The position numbers were made by a program, and so were the translations under genes. The notes beneath the pieces are model-generated. The model saw nothing but the letters and a program-made list of their open reading frames with translations, made no database searches and was not told the DNA's origin. A stretch of DNA of 64,000 nt from Nitrospiraceae bacterium (GTDB lineage Bacteria > Nitrospirota > Nitrospiria > Nitrospirales > Nitrospiraceae), in contig JBFWWG010000002.1 of NCBI GenBank assembly GCA_050246315.1, forward strand, positions 428,811 to 492,810. The letters are read 5' to 3'. This document shows positions 19,724 to 28,767 of the stretch, piece by piece; the stretch's first letter is position 1; the number at the start of each line of letters is the position of its first letter.

Positions 19724-21898
19724 CTAACGCAGAGACAGTGGCTGGTGCGAGACGGACGAGCAGAGCGATGAAGTATGATGCTGAAATAACCGGCTATGGC
19801 GAACGGACGCGTGATCCCGTTTCAATGCCGTGTAAAAGGCCTGAGGACTTCCGATGTAGACCAGATGCTTCTGCGCCCGGGTCACCGCGGTATACAACAC
19901 TTCCCGTGTCAGCATCGGGTAGTGGCTCGAGTGCATCACCACAACCGTGCAGGGAAATTCCGATCCCTGAGCCTTATGCACAGTCATGCAATAGGCCAGG
20001 GCTAGCTCATCCCACTCCGTTTCGGCATAACAAATCTGGCGATCCGGATAGGCGACCTGGAGCACGCGCTCCGTTTCTGACACCTCTGTGATAGACCCAA
20101 TCTCACCGTTGAACACCTGCTTCTTGTAGTCGTTGTCCAAATGGATCACTCGATCCCCGACGCGAAAGGGAACGCCATCGACCGAGGTCCCGGGATTCAT
20201 GACGTCCTGCAGGACTCGATTCAGCTCCACCGTCCCCAACGGCCCCCTTTTCATCGGAGCCAGGACCTGAATCTCCTGTGGTCGAAACGGCAGCCTCGGA
20301 AGGACATCCCGCAGCGCCGCAAGCACTTCTTCCGGCTCGTTCCGCAGGTGAAACTCGCATTCGCCCCGCGAGCCTGAGAGCAGAGACGGCACGGCCCCGA
20401 AGTGGATGTCGTGAGCCAGACGAACAATCCGCGACCCGGCCGTCTGGCGCTGGATCTCGACGAGCTCCGTGACCGGACAGATATTGGCCGCGATGACATC
20501 GCGGAGAACCTGTCCCGCTCCCACCGCAGGCAGTTGATGGATGTCGCCGACGAACACCAGCCTGGTCCTCGCCGGATCCAGCGCATTGACCATCGCGTCC
20601 GCCATTTCAAGATCCATCATTGGTGCTTCATCCACCACCAGCAGATCGATCCGCAGCGGCCGTCGCCGATTGAACCGACAGCCGTCCCGGGGGTGCCATT
20701 CCAGCAACCGATGGATGGTCATGCCGTCCAGGCCGGTTCCCTCCCCCGCCCGCTTCGCCGCTTTCCCGGTTGGAGCCGCGAGCGCCACCTTCAATCCCAG
20801 CCGCACCGCCTGGCGCAACAGATATCCCACGGCCATCGTCTTTCCCGTCCCAGGTAATCCTGCAATCACCGACAGACCATGATTCAGTGCCCGCGCGACC
20901 GCCTCTTGTTGCACTGGGGTCAGCGCCAGGCGTTCCACGGCCGCCAACTCAATCCGGGATGGGAGAAAGGTCTGCCTGGCCAGGTTCCGCAACCCCGCCT
21001 CAAGATCTCGCTCCGCGTGATAGAACCGAGGCAGGTACAGGGTGCGCTCCCACTCCTGCAGTGTCCCACGCTCGCTCGCCCTCGCCACCGCGGCCTCCAA
21101 CTCAGTGGCCTCGACATCGAGCACCTGTTGCGCCTCTTTCGTCAGAACCTCGCGCGGCAGACAGCTATGGCCTCTTCCTGCTTCCCGCTTCAGGACATAG
21201 TGCAGGCCGGCGACCAGCCGATGAGGATCGTTCACTGCCATGCCTCGTCCCCTGGCAATGCTGTCCGCCCGCTGAAACCCAATTCCATGAAGCTCCGCCA
21301 GGCAGTACGGATTGGCCCGGACCTGCATCGCAGCCTCCTCTCCGAACTGCCGCAAGGCCTTATGCGCCAGACTCACGCTCAAGCCCAAGCTCAACAACTC
21401 GGTCAGCGCCGCCGCCTGTCCTTTCTGCATCTGCCAGGACTTGACGAGATGCTCGATCGTGGACTCGCCAATTCCCTGAATCTCGATGAGCTGTTCGGGG
21501 TGCAGATCCAACACGGTCAATGCATCTCTGCCGAAGCGGTCGACGATCCGCTGCGCGAGAACCGGCCCGATGCCATACAGCACTCCCGACGCGAGATAGG
21601 CCTTGATCCCTTCCAACGTATGAGGGCGCGCGCAGCTCACCGCTGCCACGCGAAACTGTTCGCCCCGGGTGCCATACTCCCAGCGGCCCACCAGAAGCAG
21701 GCGCTGAGACTCTACCGGCTGCGTCCGCAACAGGCCCACCACTTTGAAGACCCGATGCCCATCGAGCGCGGACGCAGCCTTTGCAGCCTCGCGCACGGAT
21801 AACACGGTAAATCCGGTCTCAGCCTTCCGGTACAGAGCCCGCAAGACTTCCACCTCGATACAGATATCCGAGCCTGCAGCTACTCGCTCCTGATCCAC
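19724..21898 (-). CDS. recD2: ATP-dependent RecD2-like SF1 helicase
   Basis: HhH GIG repeats, NPY.L, GLPGTGKT, APTGKAA, VGDIHQLPAVG, YCMTVHKAQGSEF, YTAVTRA. Confidence 0.93.
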   Translation of the reverse strand: MDQERVAAGSDICIEVEVLRALYRKAETGFTVLSVREAAKAASALDGHRVFKVVGLLRTQPVESQRLLLVGRWEYGTRGEQFRVAAVSCARPHTLEGIKAYLASGVLYGIGPVLAQRIVDRFGRDALTVLDLHPEQLIEIQGIGESTIEHLVKSWQMQKGQAAALTELLSLGLSVSLAHKALRQFGEEAAMQVRANPYCLAELHGIGFQRADSIARGRGMAVNDPHRLVAGLHYVLKREAGRGHSCLPREVLTKEAQQVLDVEATELEAAVARASERGTLQEWERTLYLPRFYHAERDLEAGLRNLARQTFLPSRIELAAVERLALTPVQQEAVARALNHGLSVIAGLPGTGKTMAVGYLLRQAVRLGLKVALAAPTGKAAKRAGEGTGLDGMTIHRLLEWHPRDGCRFNRRRPLRIDLLVVDEAPMMDLEMADAMVNALDPARTRLVFVGDIHQLPAVGAGQVLRDVIAANICPVTELVEIQRQTAGSRIVRLAHDIHFGAVPSLLSGSRGECEFHLRNEPEEVLAALRDVLPRLPFRPQEIQVLAPMKRGPLGTVELNRVLQDVMNPGTSVDGVPFRVGDRVIHLDNDYKKQVFNGEIGSITEVSETERVLQVAYPDRQICYAETEWDELALAYCMTVHKAQGSEFPCTVVVMHSSHYPMLTREVLYTAVTRAQKHLVYIGSPQAFYTALKRDHASVRHSRLFQHHTSSLCSSVSHQPLSLR

Positions 21899-21979
21899 CG
21901 ATGCTCACTCCTCCCCACTCTGCCTACGCACCTGGCTCGTCTCAAACAGAGAAACGACCAGTTGAAAGACCCCACTTCA

Positions 21980-22162
21980 TCACTCATGCACGACCCGCGC
22001 GAGGTGAACCCCACTCACCCATCCCTTGAACCGGCGCACGGAACATCGATCGCGCTCTCCAACCACAGACCGGGTGTGTCTCTGAGTCCTTCCTGACGCA
22101 ATTCGATCGGCCAGATCCAGACGCCGCCATCGCTCCGACCCCATGAGCTCACTGGCTTCCAT
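21980..22162 (-). CDS. Small hypothetical protein
   Basis: 60 aa; start overlaps the end of the upstream ORF; same strand as recD2. Confidence 0.35.
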   Translation of the reverse strand: MEASELMGSERWRRLDLADRIASGRTQRHTRSVVGERDRCSVRRFKGWVSGVHLARVVHE

Positions 22163-22460
22163 GCTGGAATCGCTCGCGTTGGTTCAATTGCCACTCCAGC
22201 CAACAGGCCAGAGCTCGATCAACCCCCGACCTCATCAAATACGGATGGCGAGACATGCGAGCGAGCACGTACTGGAACCACACAGGTGCCCGATGCTTCG
22301 GCATGATTGCCAACAACACACTCACCCCGGAGAGCCATGTGATTCGCAGCGTCCTCAGCGGGTGCCGATCCATGACCTCCAAATCATCCAGCAAGAGTTC
22401 TTCCAGACACTCCCGACGACCAGCTACGGTCGGTTCCGGTGGAACGCTCACCTCCTCCAA
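22149..22460 (-). CDS. Hypothetical protein
   Basis: 103 aa, purine-rich RBS; first gene of the leftward unit. Confidence 0.45.
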   Translation of the reverse strand: MEEVSVPPEPTVAGRRECLEELLLDDLEVMDRHPLRTLRITWLSGVSVLLAIMPKHRAPVWFQYVLARMSRHPYLMRSGVDRALACWLEWQLNQRERFQHGSQ

Positions 22461-22817
22461 CTTCCTCGCCTCCTGGTGGATCGGGCCATGCTGTTGCCCC
22501 CGTCACGCGTTGTCTTCCGACATACTCTTTCCAGAGGTCCGTCGCAAATGTTCCGCCCTGCCCTTCACAACCCACCGGACGGAACGGTACTGTCCGAACT
22601 AGCGAAAGAGTCCCCCGCCCTCCCCCGGGACTCGCTTCTGTTTTCCATTGTGAATATAGAGACCATTACGCCTCTATTTTCACTCTGGCACATCGACTTC
22701 GTGCTGCTTGCCCTCCTCGACCACGCCCCTCCCCTCATTCTGGCGGCCACGACCGGATAGACCCGCAACGGTTCTTCTTCTCGGTATTTCCGAATATGAG
22801 CCCTCGACAGGTGGTCT

Positions 22818-23921
22818 ATGCTCGCCGAACTGATCCATCCCCTCGCTGCCATGGGAGCACAGGACTGGCCGTATCGGCCCCGTCCCTCCAGCGCCGGTCC
22901 CAACCAATGTGTGCGGAAACTGGTCTACCACGCGCGCGAGTTCCCCCGAAGACAGGCCCACGGCCGGTTCCTGGTCGTGCTGGACGATAGCTCCTGGCAC
23001 GAAGAGCTCACGCTGAATTGGATTGAGCAATCGGCGTTTCAGCTGCGGGATCGCCAGACGGAGGTCATCTGCGGAGAAACTGTCTTCGAAGGGGAGCCAT
23101 ACACCATCCTGGGGCACATCGACGGGATCGTCACGGATTTGCTCGGCATCGACCGACTGCTGGAACACAAGGCCATCGAACACTTCACCTTCCAACGGTA
23201 CGCGGAGGGCGACTATCCCTTCGATTACTTCGCGCAGGTCTGCTTCTATTTACACGGCATCACCAAACTCAACCCGGACATCAACGAAGCCCTGCTCCTC
23301 ATCAAGAACAAGAACCAGAGCGCCTACCTCGAATACCGACTACACTACGACTTACCGAACGACCGACTCAACGTGGTCGAGGTCGTGCATTCCAACGGAG
23401 AGCGTTCTTTCCCGAAACAGGACGTCATCGGTCTGTACCAGCAAGCGTTCGCCCGATTCGCGCAGATCGAACAGCATCGGGCTGACCAGACCTTGCCGGA
23501 CCGACCCTACGAAGACGACTCCAATTACCATTGCCAGTACTGCCCTTACTCACGCCGGTGCTGGGAAGGCCACGTGGCTCCGGTGCTCACGAATACGGTT
23601 CTGCTCTCATCCGACATGGCGGCACTGGCTGCGGAGTACCTTGATCTCGACGCCAGGATCAAGCCCCTCACCAAACGATTCGACCAGGTGAAGAAGCTGC
23701 TGAAAGCCGGCCTCAAGACGCAGCAAGCCAGCGAAGCAGAGGGGCACGGGTTCATCGTCCGCATCAACCAATCCACGCAGACCAGACATGACGTGAAGCT
23801 GTTGCCGTCTTATGTCCAGGAGCTGGCTGAGACCACGCTGTCCATCGAAAAACTGTCGGTGAGCAGGGTCGCCCAGGAAAGCCGGACTCTTCAGGCCGAT
23901 CCCGACCCTCGGGTCGCCTGA
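22818..23921 (+). CDS. Cas4/AddB-like PD-(D/E)xK nuclease with probable Fe-S cluster
   Basis: N-terminal Cys (NQCVRK), GHIDG...LLEHK, Q...Y, and CQYCPYSRRC. Confidence 0.85.
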   Translation: MLAELIHPLAAMGAQDWPYRPRPSSAGPNQCVRKLVYHAREFPRRQAHGRFLVVLDDSSWHEELTLNWIEQSAFQLRDRQTEVICGETVFEGEPYTILGHIDGIVTDLLGIDRLLEHKAIEHFTFQRYAEGDYPFDYFAQVCFYLHGITKLNPDINEALLLIKNKNQSAYLEYRLHYDLPNDRLNVVEVVHSNGERSFPKQDVIGLYQQAFARFAQIEQHRADQTLPDRPYEDDSNYHCQYCPYSRRCWEGHVAPVLTNTVLLSSDMAALAAEYLDLDARIKPLTKRFDQVKKLLKAGLKTQQASEAEGHGFIVRINQSTQTRHDVKLLPSYVQELAETTLSIEKLSVSRVAQESRTLQADPDPRVA

Positions 23922-23998
23922 TCCAGGCAGGGCCGCCGAACGTCCGCCAACATCACGTCATCGCTCGTCCCAAGTCCATCACAAGGAGGCACATCGCC

Positions 23999-25273
23999 AT
24001 GACCACGACCTTCATTCCGTTCACGCGCATCAACGGCCTCTCCAACCGCCGTCGCTACCCGATCATCGGCAAGATTCGCCTGGGCATCCGAGCGCTCGGC
24101 AAGAGCGGCAGCTATCCCGTCGAAACCCCCTACTTCGTCGTGCCGAAGGAGGTCCAAGAACTCTATGGGGAGAAACCCACCGAGCTGGACGTCATGTTTC
24201 CTTCCAACAGTCCGGATCTGATTTTTCCCCAATCCCTCCGATGGTACGGAAACTCCCATGGGCTGAAATGCATCGGGAACAGGAAACAGGCCCAGCGCCT
24301 CGACGAACGCACCTTCCGATTCGAGCCGCGCGAATGCCCCTGCGAACTCCTTGAGAAAGGAGAGTGCTCGGAGCGCGCGCAGCTGCTCGTCATGCTTCCC
24401 AGGATCAGCATGGCCGGTCTCTATCAGATCGACATCGGCAGCTCGAACAGCATGATCGACATCAACTCCTACTTTGACTGGATGAATACCCACATCGGGC
24501 GGTTCGCGATGATCCAGCTCAAACTGCGACGGGTCCCGCGCCACATAACCCACAAAGGCCAGCCCCGCACCCATTACCCGCTCGCCCTCCGCTTCGACGG
24601 GTCGGCGGCCGACATCGAGGAGTTGAAAAAGCAGAACGCGGGAATCCTCAGCAAGCTGGGTTCCATCGAAGTCCAGGAACCGGAGGACACCAATCCGGCC
24701 ATGGATCCGAATGCCACGATGATCCTCGAACACGACCTCCCGAAGGCGTTGTCCCTGAACGGACCCGGCTCTGAGCAGGCCGAGAGCGCCACGTCCGAGC
24801 CGTCGGCGACCTCGGGTCCGGCACGAGCCGTGGAACAGGCCGATCAATCCCCCTCTGCCGCTCCCGACACGCCGGCAGCGCCACCGATGACCGAGCCCCA
24901 GAAACGACGCATTCTGCGACGAGCCAAGGAAGCGGGATTGGCCGAGGACCTCATTCTCGCCAAGATCCACCACCTGACGAAGAAAGAGGCGTCGGCACTG
25001 ATTTCCCAACTCGACCGCCAGGACCATTCGTTATTCGACGCCGCTGCTCCGGCCACGGCGCCAGCACTTTCGGGTCCGCGGTCTGAGGTATTGGAACCCC
25101 GCGCGAACGGAACGCCAAAGGCCAACGAGCGCCTGACCCCGATGACCCGCGTCCAATTCAAGACGAGCAGCGACGCGACCGCATTCGATCAAGCAGCAGA
25201 CGGTGAAGCCCCAGTGGCAGATGGCGGAGGGGTCCCCCCTTTCCTTCCCAATACGGAAGGAGTCGAATTCTAA
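23999..25273 (+). CDS. Phage gp3-like/recombination-directionality-factor-like protein, putative DNA annealing partner
   Basis: IGKIRLG, LYGEKPTEL, LKCIGN, CPC...C, GLYQIDIGS.NS; acidic tail ending GVEF. Confidence 0.6.
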   Translation: MTTTFIPFTRINGLSNRRRYPIIGKIRLGIRALGKSGSYPVETPYFVVPKEVQELYGEKPTELDVMFPSNSPDLIFPQSLRWYGNSHGLKCIGNRKQAQRLDERTFRFEPRECPCELLEKGECSERAQLLVMLPRISMAGLYQIDIGSSNSMIDINSYFDWMNTHIGRFAMIQLKLRRVPRHITHKGQPRTHYPLALRFDGSAADIEELKKQNAGILSKLGSIEVQEPEDTNPAMDPNATMILEHDLPKALSLNGPGSEQAESATSEPSATSGPARAVEQADQSPSAAPDTPAAPPMTEPQKRRILRRAKEAGLAEDLILAKIHHLTKKEASALISQLDRQDHSLFDAAAPATAPALSGPRSEVLEPRANGTPKANERLTPMTRVQFKTSSDATAFDQAADGEAPVADGGGVPPFLPNTEGVEF

Positions 25274-25349
25274 GAGGACGGTGTCTCGACCAAACTTGTG
25301 GAAACTGATTACATAATCTTCACGCCATTCTATATATACATTAACCGTT

Positions 25350-25378
25350 TTGACACCCATATTATTTTGAAGTACGAT
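25350..25378 (+). promoter_or_regulatory. Sigma70-type promoter of vapBC
   Basis: TTGACA-17 nt-TACGAT in an AT-rich intergenic region. Confidence 0.7.
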
Positions 25379-25416
25379 ATAGCCATCAATCGGGACTCAT
25401 AGGGGCATAGGATGAC

Positions 25417-25638
25417 ATGAAGACCACTATCGAAATCGATCAGCATCTCCTGCGACAGGCTCAGAAGGCGCTTGGCACGGACACCATCAAAGGCACCGTC
25501 GAAGCCAGTCTACGAACGGTCATCCGCCAGGGTCAGTTACAGAAACTCGCGGATGCGCTCGGGACGATTCCCCTCGACCTGACGCCCGACCAGCTGCGAC
25601 AGCAACGGCGCAAACGGACCTCGCATGTATCTCGTTGA
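25417..25638 (+). CDS. vapB: VapB antitoxin (RHH)
   Basis: MKTTIEIDQHLL..A...LG N-terminus; overlaps the PIN gene. Confidence 0.85.
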   Translation: MKTTIEIDQHLLRQAQKALGTDTIKGTVEASLRTVIRQGQLQKLADALGTIPLDLTPDQLRQQRRKRTSHVSR

Positions 25639-26038
25639 CACGTCCGTGTGGATCCATGCCCTGCGTCCAGCCGGTCATCCCGAAATCCGTGCACGACTCA
25701 AGCCGTTGATCCTCAGCGGGGACACCGCGATCACCGAGTGGATTCTCCTCGAACTGATGACGGGCCTCACGAAGTCCGAACATCCGGATACCTTGTTGCA
25801 GTGGTTTGCTCCCGTGACACGCCTTCCGTTCGAGGTGGTCTGGTGGGAAAAGGCCTGGCAGAATGCGGGTCGACTAAGAAAACACGGAGTGTCGCCCACA
25901 GCTGCGGATTGTCTCATCGCCACGGTCGCGGTGGAGCACCGCGTTACCTTGATCCATTGCGACGCCGATTTCGAAGCCATGCATCCGGCGCTTCAGTTGC
26001 AGACCCTCGATTGGACGCAATACCTCACGAGGTCCTAA
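25625..26038 (+). CDS. vapC: VapC PIN-domain toxin
   Basis: LVDTSVWI, LEL, ADCLIA, HCDADF acidic residues. Confidence 0.92.
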   Translation: MYLVDTSVWIHALRPAGHPEIRARLKPLILSGDTAITEWILLELMTGLTKSEHPDTLLQWFAPVTRLPFEVVWWEKAWQNAGRLRKHGVSPTAADCLIATVAVEHRVTLIHCDADFEAMHPALQLQTLDWTQYLTRS

Positions 26039-26256
26039 ACACAGCTTCTGGTGCGTGAGATTCATGATCGCGCATGTCGCAGCCGCCGAAGCGTCACCAG
26101 TCAAGATGGTCGTGTCGGCAAGTTTTCCCTCGAACGAAAGGCGGCCGTCCTCCAGTGGCTGAGACCGCTTCGCATTTCACACCGCCAGTGCCGTTGAAGG
26201 ATCAGCGATACGGCAGGCACTTCCATGCGACAGACCGCAGGGCCTGAAAATACGAA

Positions 26257-26286
26257 GGGCTGACAGGATCTCACTCCCGTCAGCCC
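26257..26286 (-). terminator. Hairpin between convergent vapC and XRE gene
   Basis: GGGCTGAC...GTCAGCCC stem, followed on the - strand by TTCGTATTTTC. Confidence 0.55.
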
Positions 26287-26305
26287 GCTTCATTGCACAC
26301 CCGGC

Positions 26306-26983
26306 TTATTTTTTCTCACCGACCTCGACCTTGGCAGCCTGCAAGCCTTGAATCAACTTCATCCAAGCGGGCGGCAGGACACTAGCGAGTTCCCCCAAGG
26401 CCTTCCCTGAAATGTTCCGGAGCGCATCGAAGAGCCCAACCTCCCCCTCCTCTTTTCCCACAAGCGGCAGCATCCAATCCGGGAAATATCCCGCTGCAAC
26501 CAGGTAGTCCTCGACCGGCTGGTCCAATGCCACAGCCAAGGCTCTCACCTCACTCTTCGTCAAGCCCGCCAGCCCTGCCGCCACCAACCCAAGCCGCCCA
26601 TTGAAGCCCAACTGCGCATCCAAGAGTCTGATTTCGGTTTCCGATCGTCCTTTGAGATCAGCCTGAACCCGCCGTTGGAACTCCTCCGGCATGTTCTCTT
26701 CCCCTCGAGGCGAAAGATGGGCCGCGACTTCAGGAGAGACGATCAATCGCGCACGCGCCAGGAGGAGGCTATGCGTCACCGCTGCCCGCTCCTGAAGATC
26801 CGCACAACAAACCCGTGCGATGGCCCGCAGCGTTTCATCGCTCGGCAACGCCCCGCTCTGTTCATCCTCGATCTGGTACAGGTGCGCCGGAGACATCTTG
26901 AGCTGGCGAGCCAACTCTCTCGGGTTCAATCCCGCCCGCGTCCGCACCTCGCGAATCAAATTCCACAGGGCCGTCTCGGCCAT
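26306..26983 (-). CDS. XRE-family HTH regulator, probable ICE repressor
   Basis: IREVRTRAGLNPRELARQLKMSPAHLYQIE...PS.ETL..IA. Confidence 0.85.
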   Translation of the reverse strand: MAETALWNLIREVRTRAGLNPRELARQLKMSPAHLYQIEDEQSGALPSDETLRAIARVCCADLQERAAVTHSLLLARARLIVSPEVAAHLSPRGEENMPEEFQRRVQADLKGRSETEIRLLDAQLGFNGRLGLVAAGLAGLTKSEVRALAVALDQPVEDYLVAAGYFPDWMLPLVGKEEGEVGLFDALRNISGKALGELASVLPPAWMKLIQGLQAAKVEVGEKK

Positions 26984-27164
26984 CCTGACTCCTTATCTAT
27001 AAACCAACTGATAGACGTATAACAAAGTTAGTCATGCGTGTAAAGAACAGGCTATCTCAAAATACCATCAATTTTTAATGTTTTGTATTTTCAATTAGTT
27101 ACGATCATTATGCCTGAATCTGTATTACTCAGGAAGCGACAGGTTACTGTAGTTAGTATCCCTC

Positions 27165-27219
27165 TTGATCTCTGTTAACTAGTTTACATACAATACCATT
27201 TCAACTCCAGGCTGGAGTT
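27165..27219 (+). promoter_or_regulatory. Candidate promoter with adjacent palindromic operator
   Basis: TTGATC-18 nt-TACAAT, then AACTCCAG-G-CTGGAGTT (27203-27219) in an AT-rich divergent region. Confidence 0.5.
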
Positions 27220-27563
27220 CGCTTTAAGCGCAGTCAACATGAAACTTCAAGAATCTACACACGCGAACCCTCGCTCAGCCCACCGTGCCCCGATTCATTC
27301 GTCCGGCTTGATCGAGTCATCTGTACGGCTCCATCCAATTTTCTACGACATCAGTTTCCGGAACCCACCTTCCTCCAGCGCGCCTGCCTTCCTGTGCGTC
27401 TGCCAGCCTTTCTCCATGAGACCAGAACCCATCCGTGTTTCTCCGCCGAGAATTGCAACATTCGGTGTAGAGGTACCAGTCTTCCTTTCGATCAAGTCTC
27501 TTCAGTTCACAGCGCTGTTCATGTCTGCCACTTTGTTCATCTCCATAAGGGAAAGGGATCATC

Positions 27564-28166
27564 ATGTTCGTGCCTTCAAACGCTTCGTTGCACCTCGCCA
27601 ATCCTCAGAACGCCATCTTCGAACTCTGGCAGAAGCACGACAGACTCATCGAGGCGGTCATCGACCGCTACCACTGCCTCGATCCGGCCGTCAGCCGAGA
27701 AGATCTCAAGCAACAATCGTTCATCGCCTTCGTTGAGGGCCTGGCGAACTACGACTTCACGAAAGGGGCGCACTGCCAACTGAGCAGCTATATTTACCGA
27801 TTCCTCCAAAAGGAGTTCCACCGGCTCGTTCCGGGCAGGGACAAAATCGTGCTCGTCGAGGATCCCAGCGGCACCTTCCTCAAATTCATCGAATACTCGA
27901 CCTACGAAAAACGGAAGCGAGAATTCCAGCAGCTTGGCTACCGCACCACCATCCTCTCTCGCATCGAGCGATTCCAGGAGACCTCGTTCCAGGATGCGCG
28001 AGACGAGGCCAGTGAGGATTCTCAGGAGGTACCCGGCTCACAGGATGGTCTCGCCGATGACGTCCACAAGATCGATGTCTCATCCCCGGACGTCGGAGAC
28101 TCGATCCCGGCATGGATGGACGCACGGCACTCGGAGCGATTCAGTGAAGACCAGCCTGCTCGTTAA
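27564..28166 (+). CDS. Sigma-70 region-2-like protein with no evident region 4
   Basis: EDLKQQSFIAFVEGLANYDFTKG...LSSYIY; acidic low-complexity C-terminus. Confidence 0.7.
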   Translation: MFVPSNASLHLANPQNAIFELWQKHDRLIEAVIDRYHCLDPAVSREDLKQQSFIAFVEGLANYDFTKGAHCQLSSYIYRFLQKEFHRLVPGRDKIVLVEDPSGTFLKFIEYSTYEKRKREFQQLGYRTTILSRIERFQETSFQDARDEASEDSQEVPGSQDGLADDVHKIDVSSPDVGDSIPAWMDARHSERFSEDQPAR

Positions 28167-28767
28167 CACCTCGAAGCAGGAGTTCCACGCGCTGGCCCGA
28201 GAACTTGGGATCGCCCATGGCCTGACCTGCCCGCGAATCGACGCGCTCGGGGAGGTCCCATACATCTCACTGCCCGCCTTCCGCCAGGTGCTGACTCGGT
28301 TCCACATCACGCATACCACCCAGCAACTCCGCCTCTGGCTCCCCCTGCCTCGCACCCATCTTCCGCCCGCCCTCCAGTTTCTGCTCTGCCACGCACCGGA
28401 GCGATGGTATCTCCTCCGGACGCGCGGCCGGGGCGGGCGCAACGGGCGCCGCTACGCCATCCCTCTCAGCTTTCTCTCGCCGGACGCCCAGGACTTCGTC
28501 CGGACCAACCAACTTGTCCGCAAGGACATCTCCGACGACACGTTGATCCACACCATCCGCACCTTGCTCGGAACCAACCCCCGACTGAGGTCGACAGAAA
28601 TCCATCGGCACTTACTGCAGGAAGGCTTCTCCATTCACTATCAAGCTGTTCGGAAAGCGGTCGGAACCATCAAACTGCGAGGCGTGTATGCAACCCTCTG
28701 TCATGATCCCAGTCAACCAGTTGATCGTGAACCCCGAGTACAGAGACCTGTTTCCCCCGCTCGCTGA
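28144..28767 (+). CDS. DNA-binding protein with Mu-type HTH-like and C-terminal HTH segments
   Basis: GTG at 28144 after GGAG; WYLLRTRGRGGRNGRRYAIPLSFLSPDAQ; STEIHRHLLQEGFSIHYQAVRK. Confidence 0.55.
   Translation: MKTSLLVNTSKQEFHALARELGIAHGLTCPRIDALGEVPYISLPAFRQVLTRFHITHTTQQLRLWLPLPRTHLPPALQFLLCHAPERWYLLRTRGRGGRNGRRYAIPLSFLSPDAQDFVRTNQLVRKDISDDTLIHTIRTLLGTNPRLRSTEIHRHLLQEGFSIHYQAVRKAVGTIKLRGVYATLCHDPSQPVDREPRVQRPVSPAR

Noticed and set aside
22608..22645. GAGTCCC/GGGACTC hairpin with T-rich tail as oriT or attenuator
   Set aside because: No recognisable nic consensus and no way to assign function from sequence alone
22818..23921. CRISPR-Cas locus suggested by the Cas4-like gene
   Set aside because: No cas1/cas2 and no repeat-spacer array seen anywhere in the window
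28144..28767. Mu-like prophage or IS transposase
   Set aside because: Only DNA-binding-like segments; no DDE domain, MuB or virion genes
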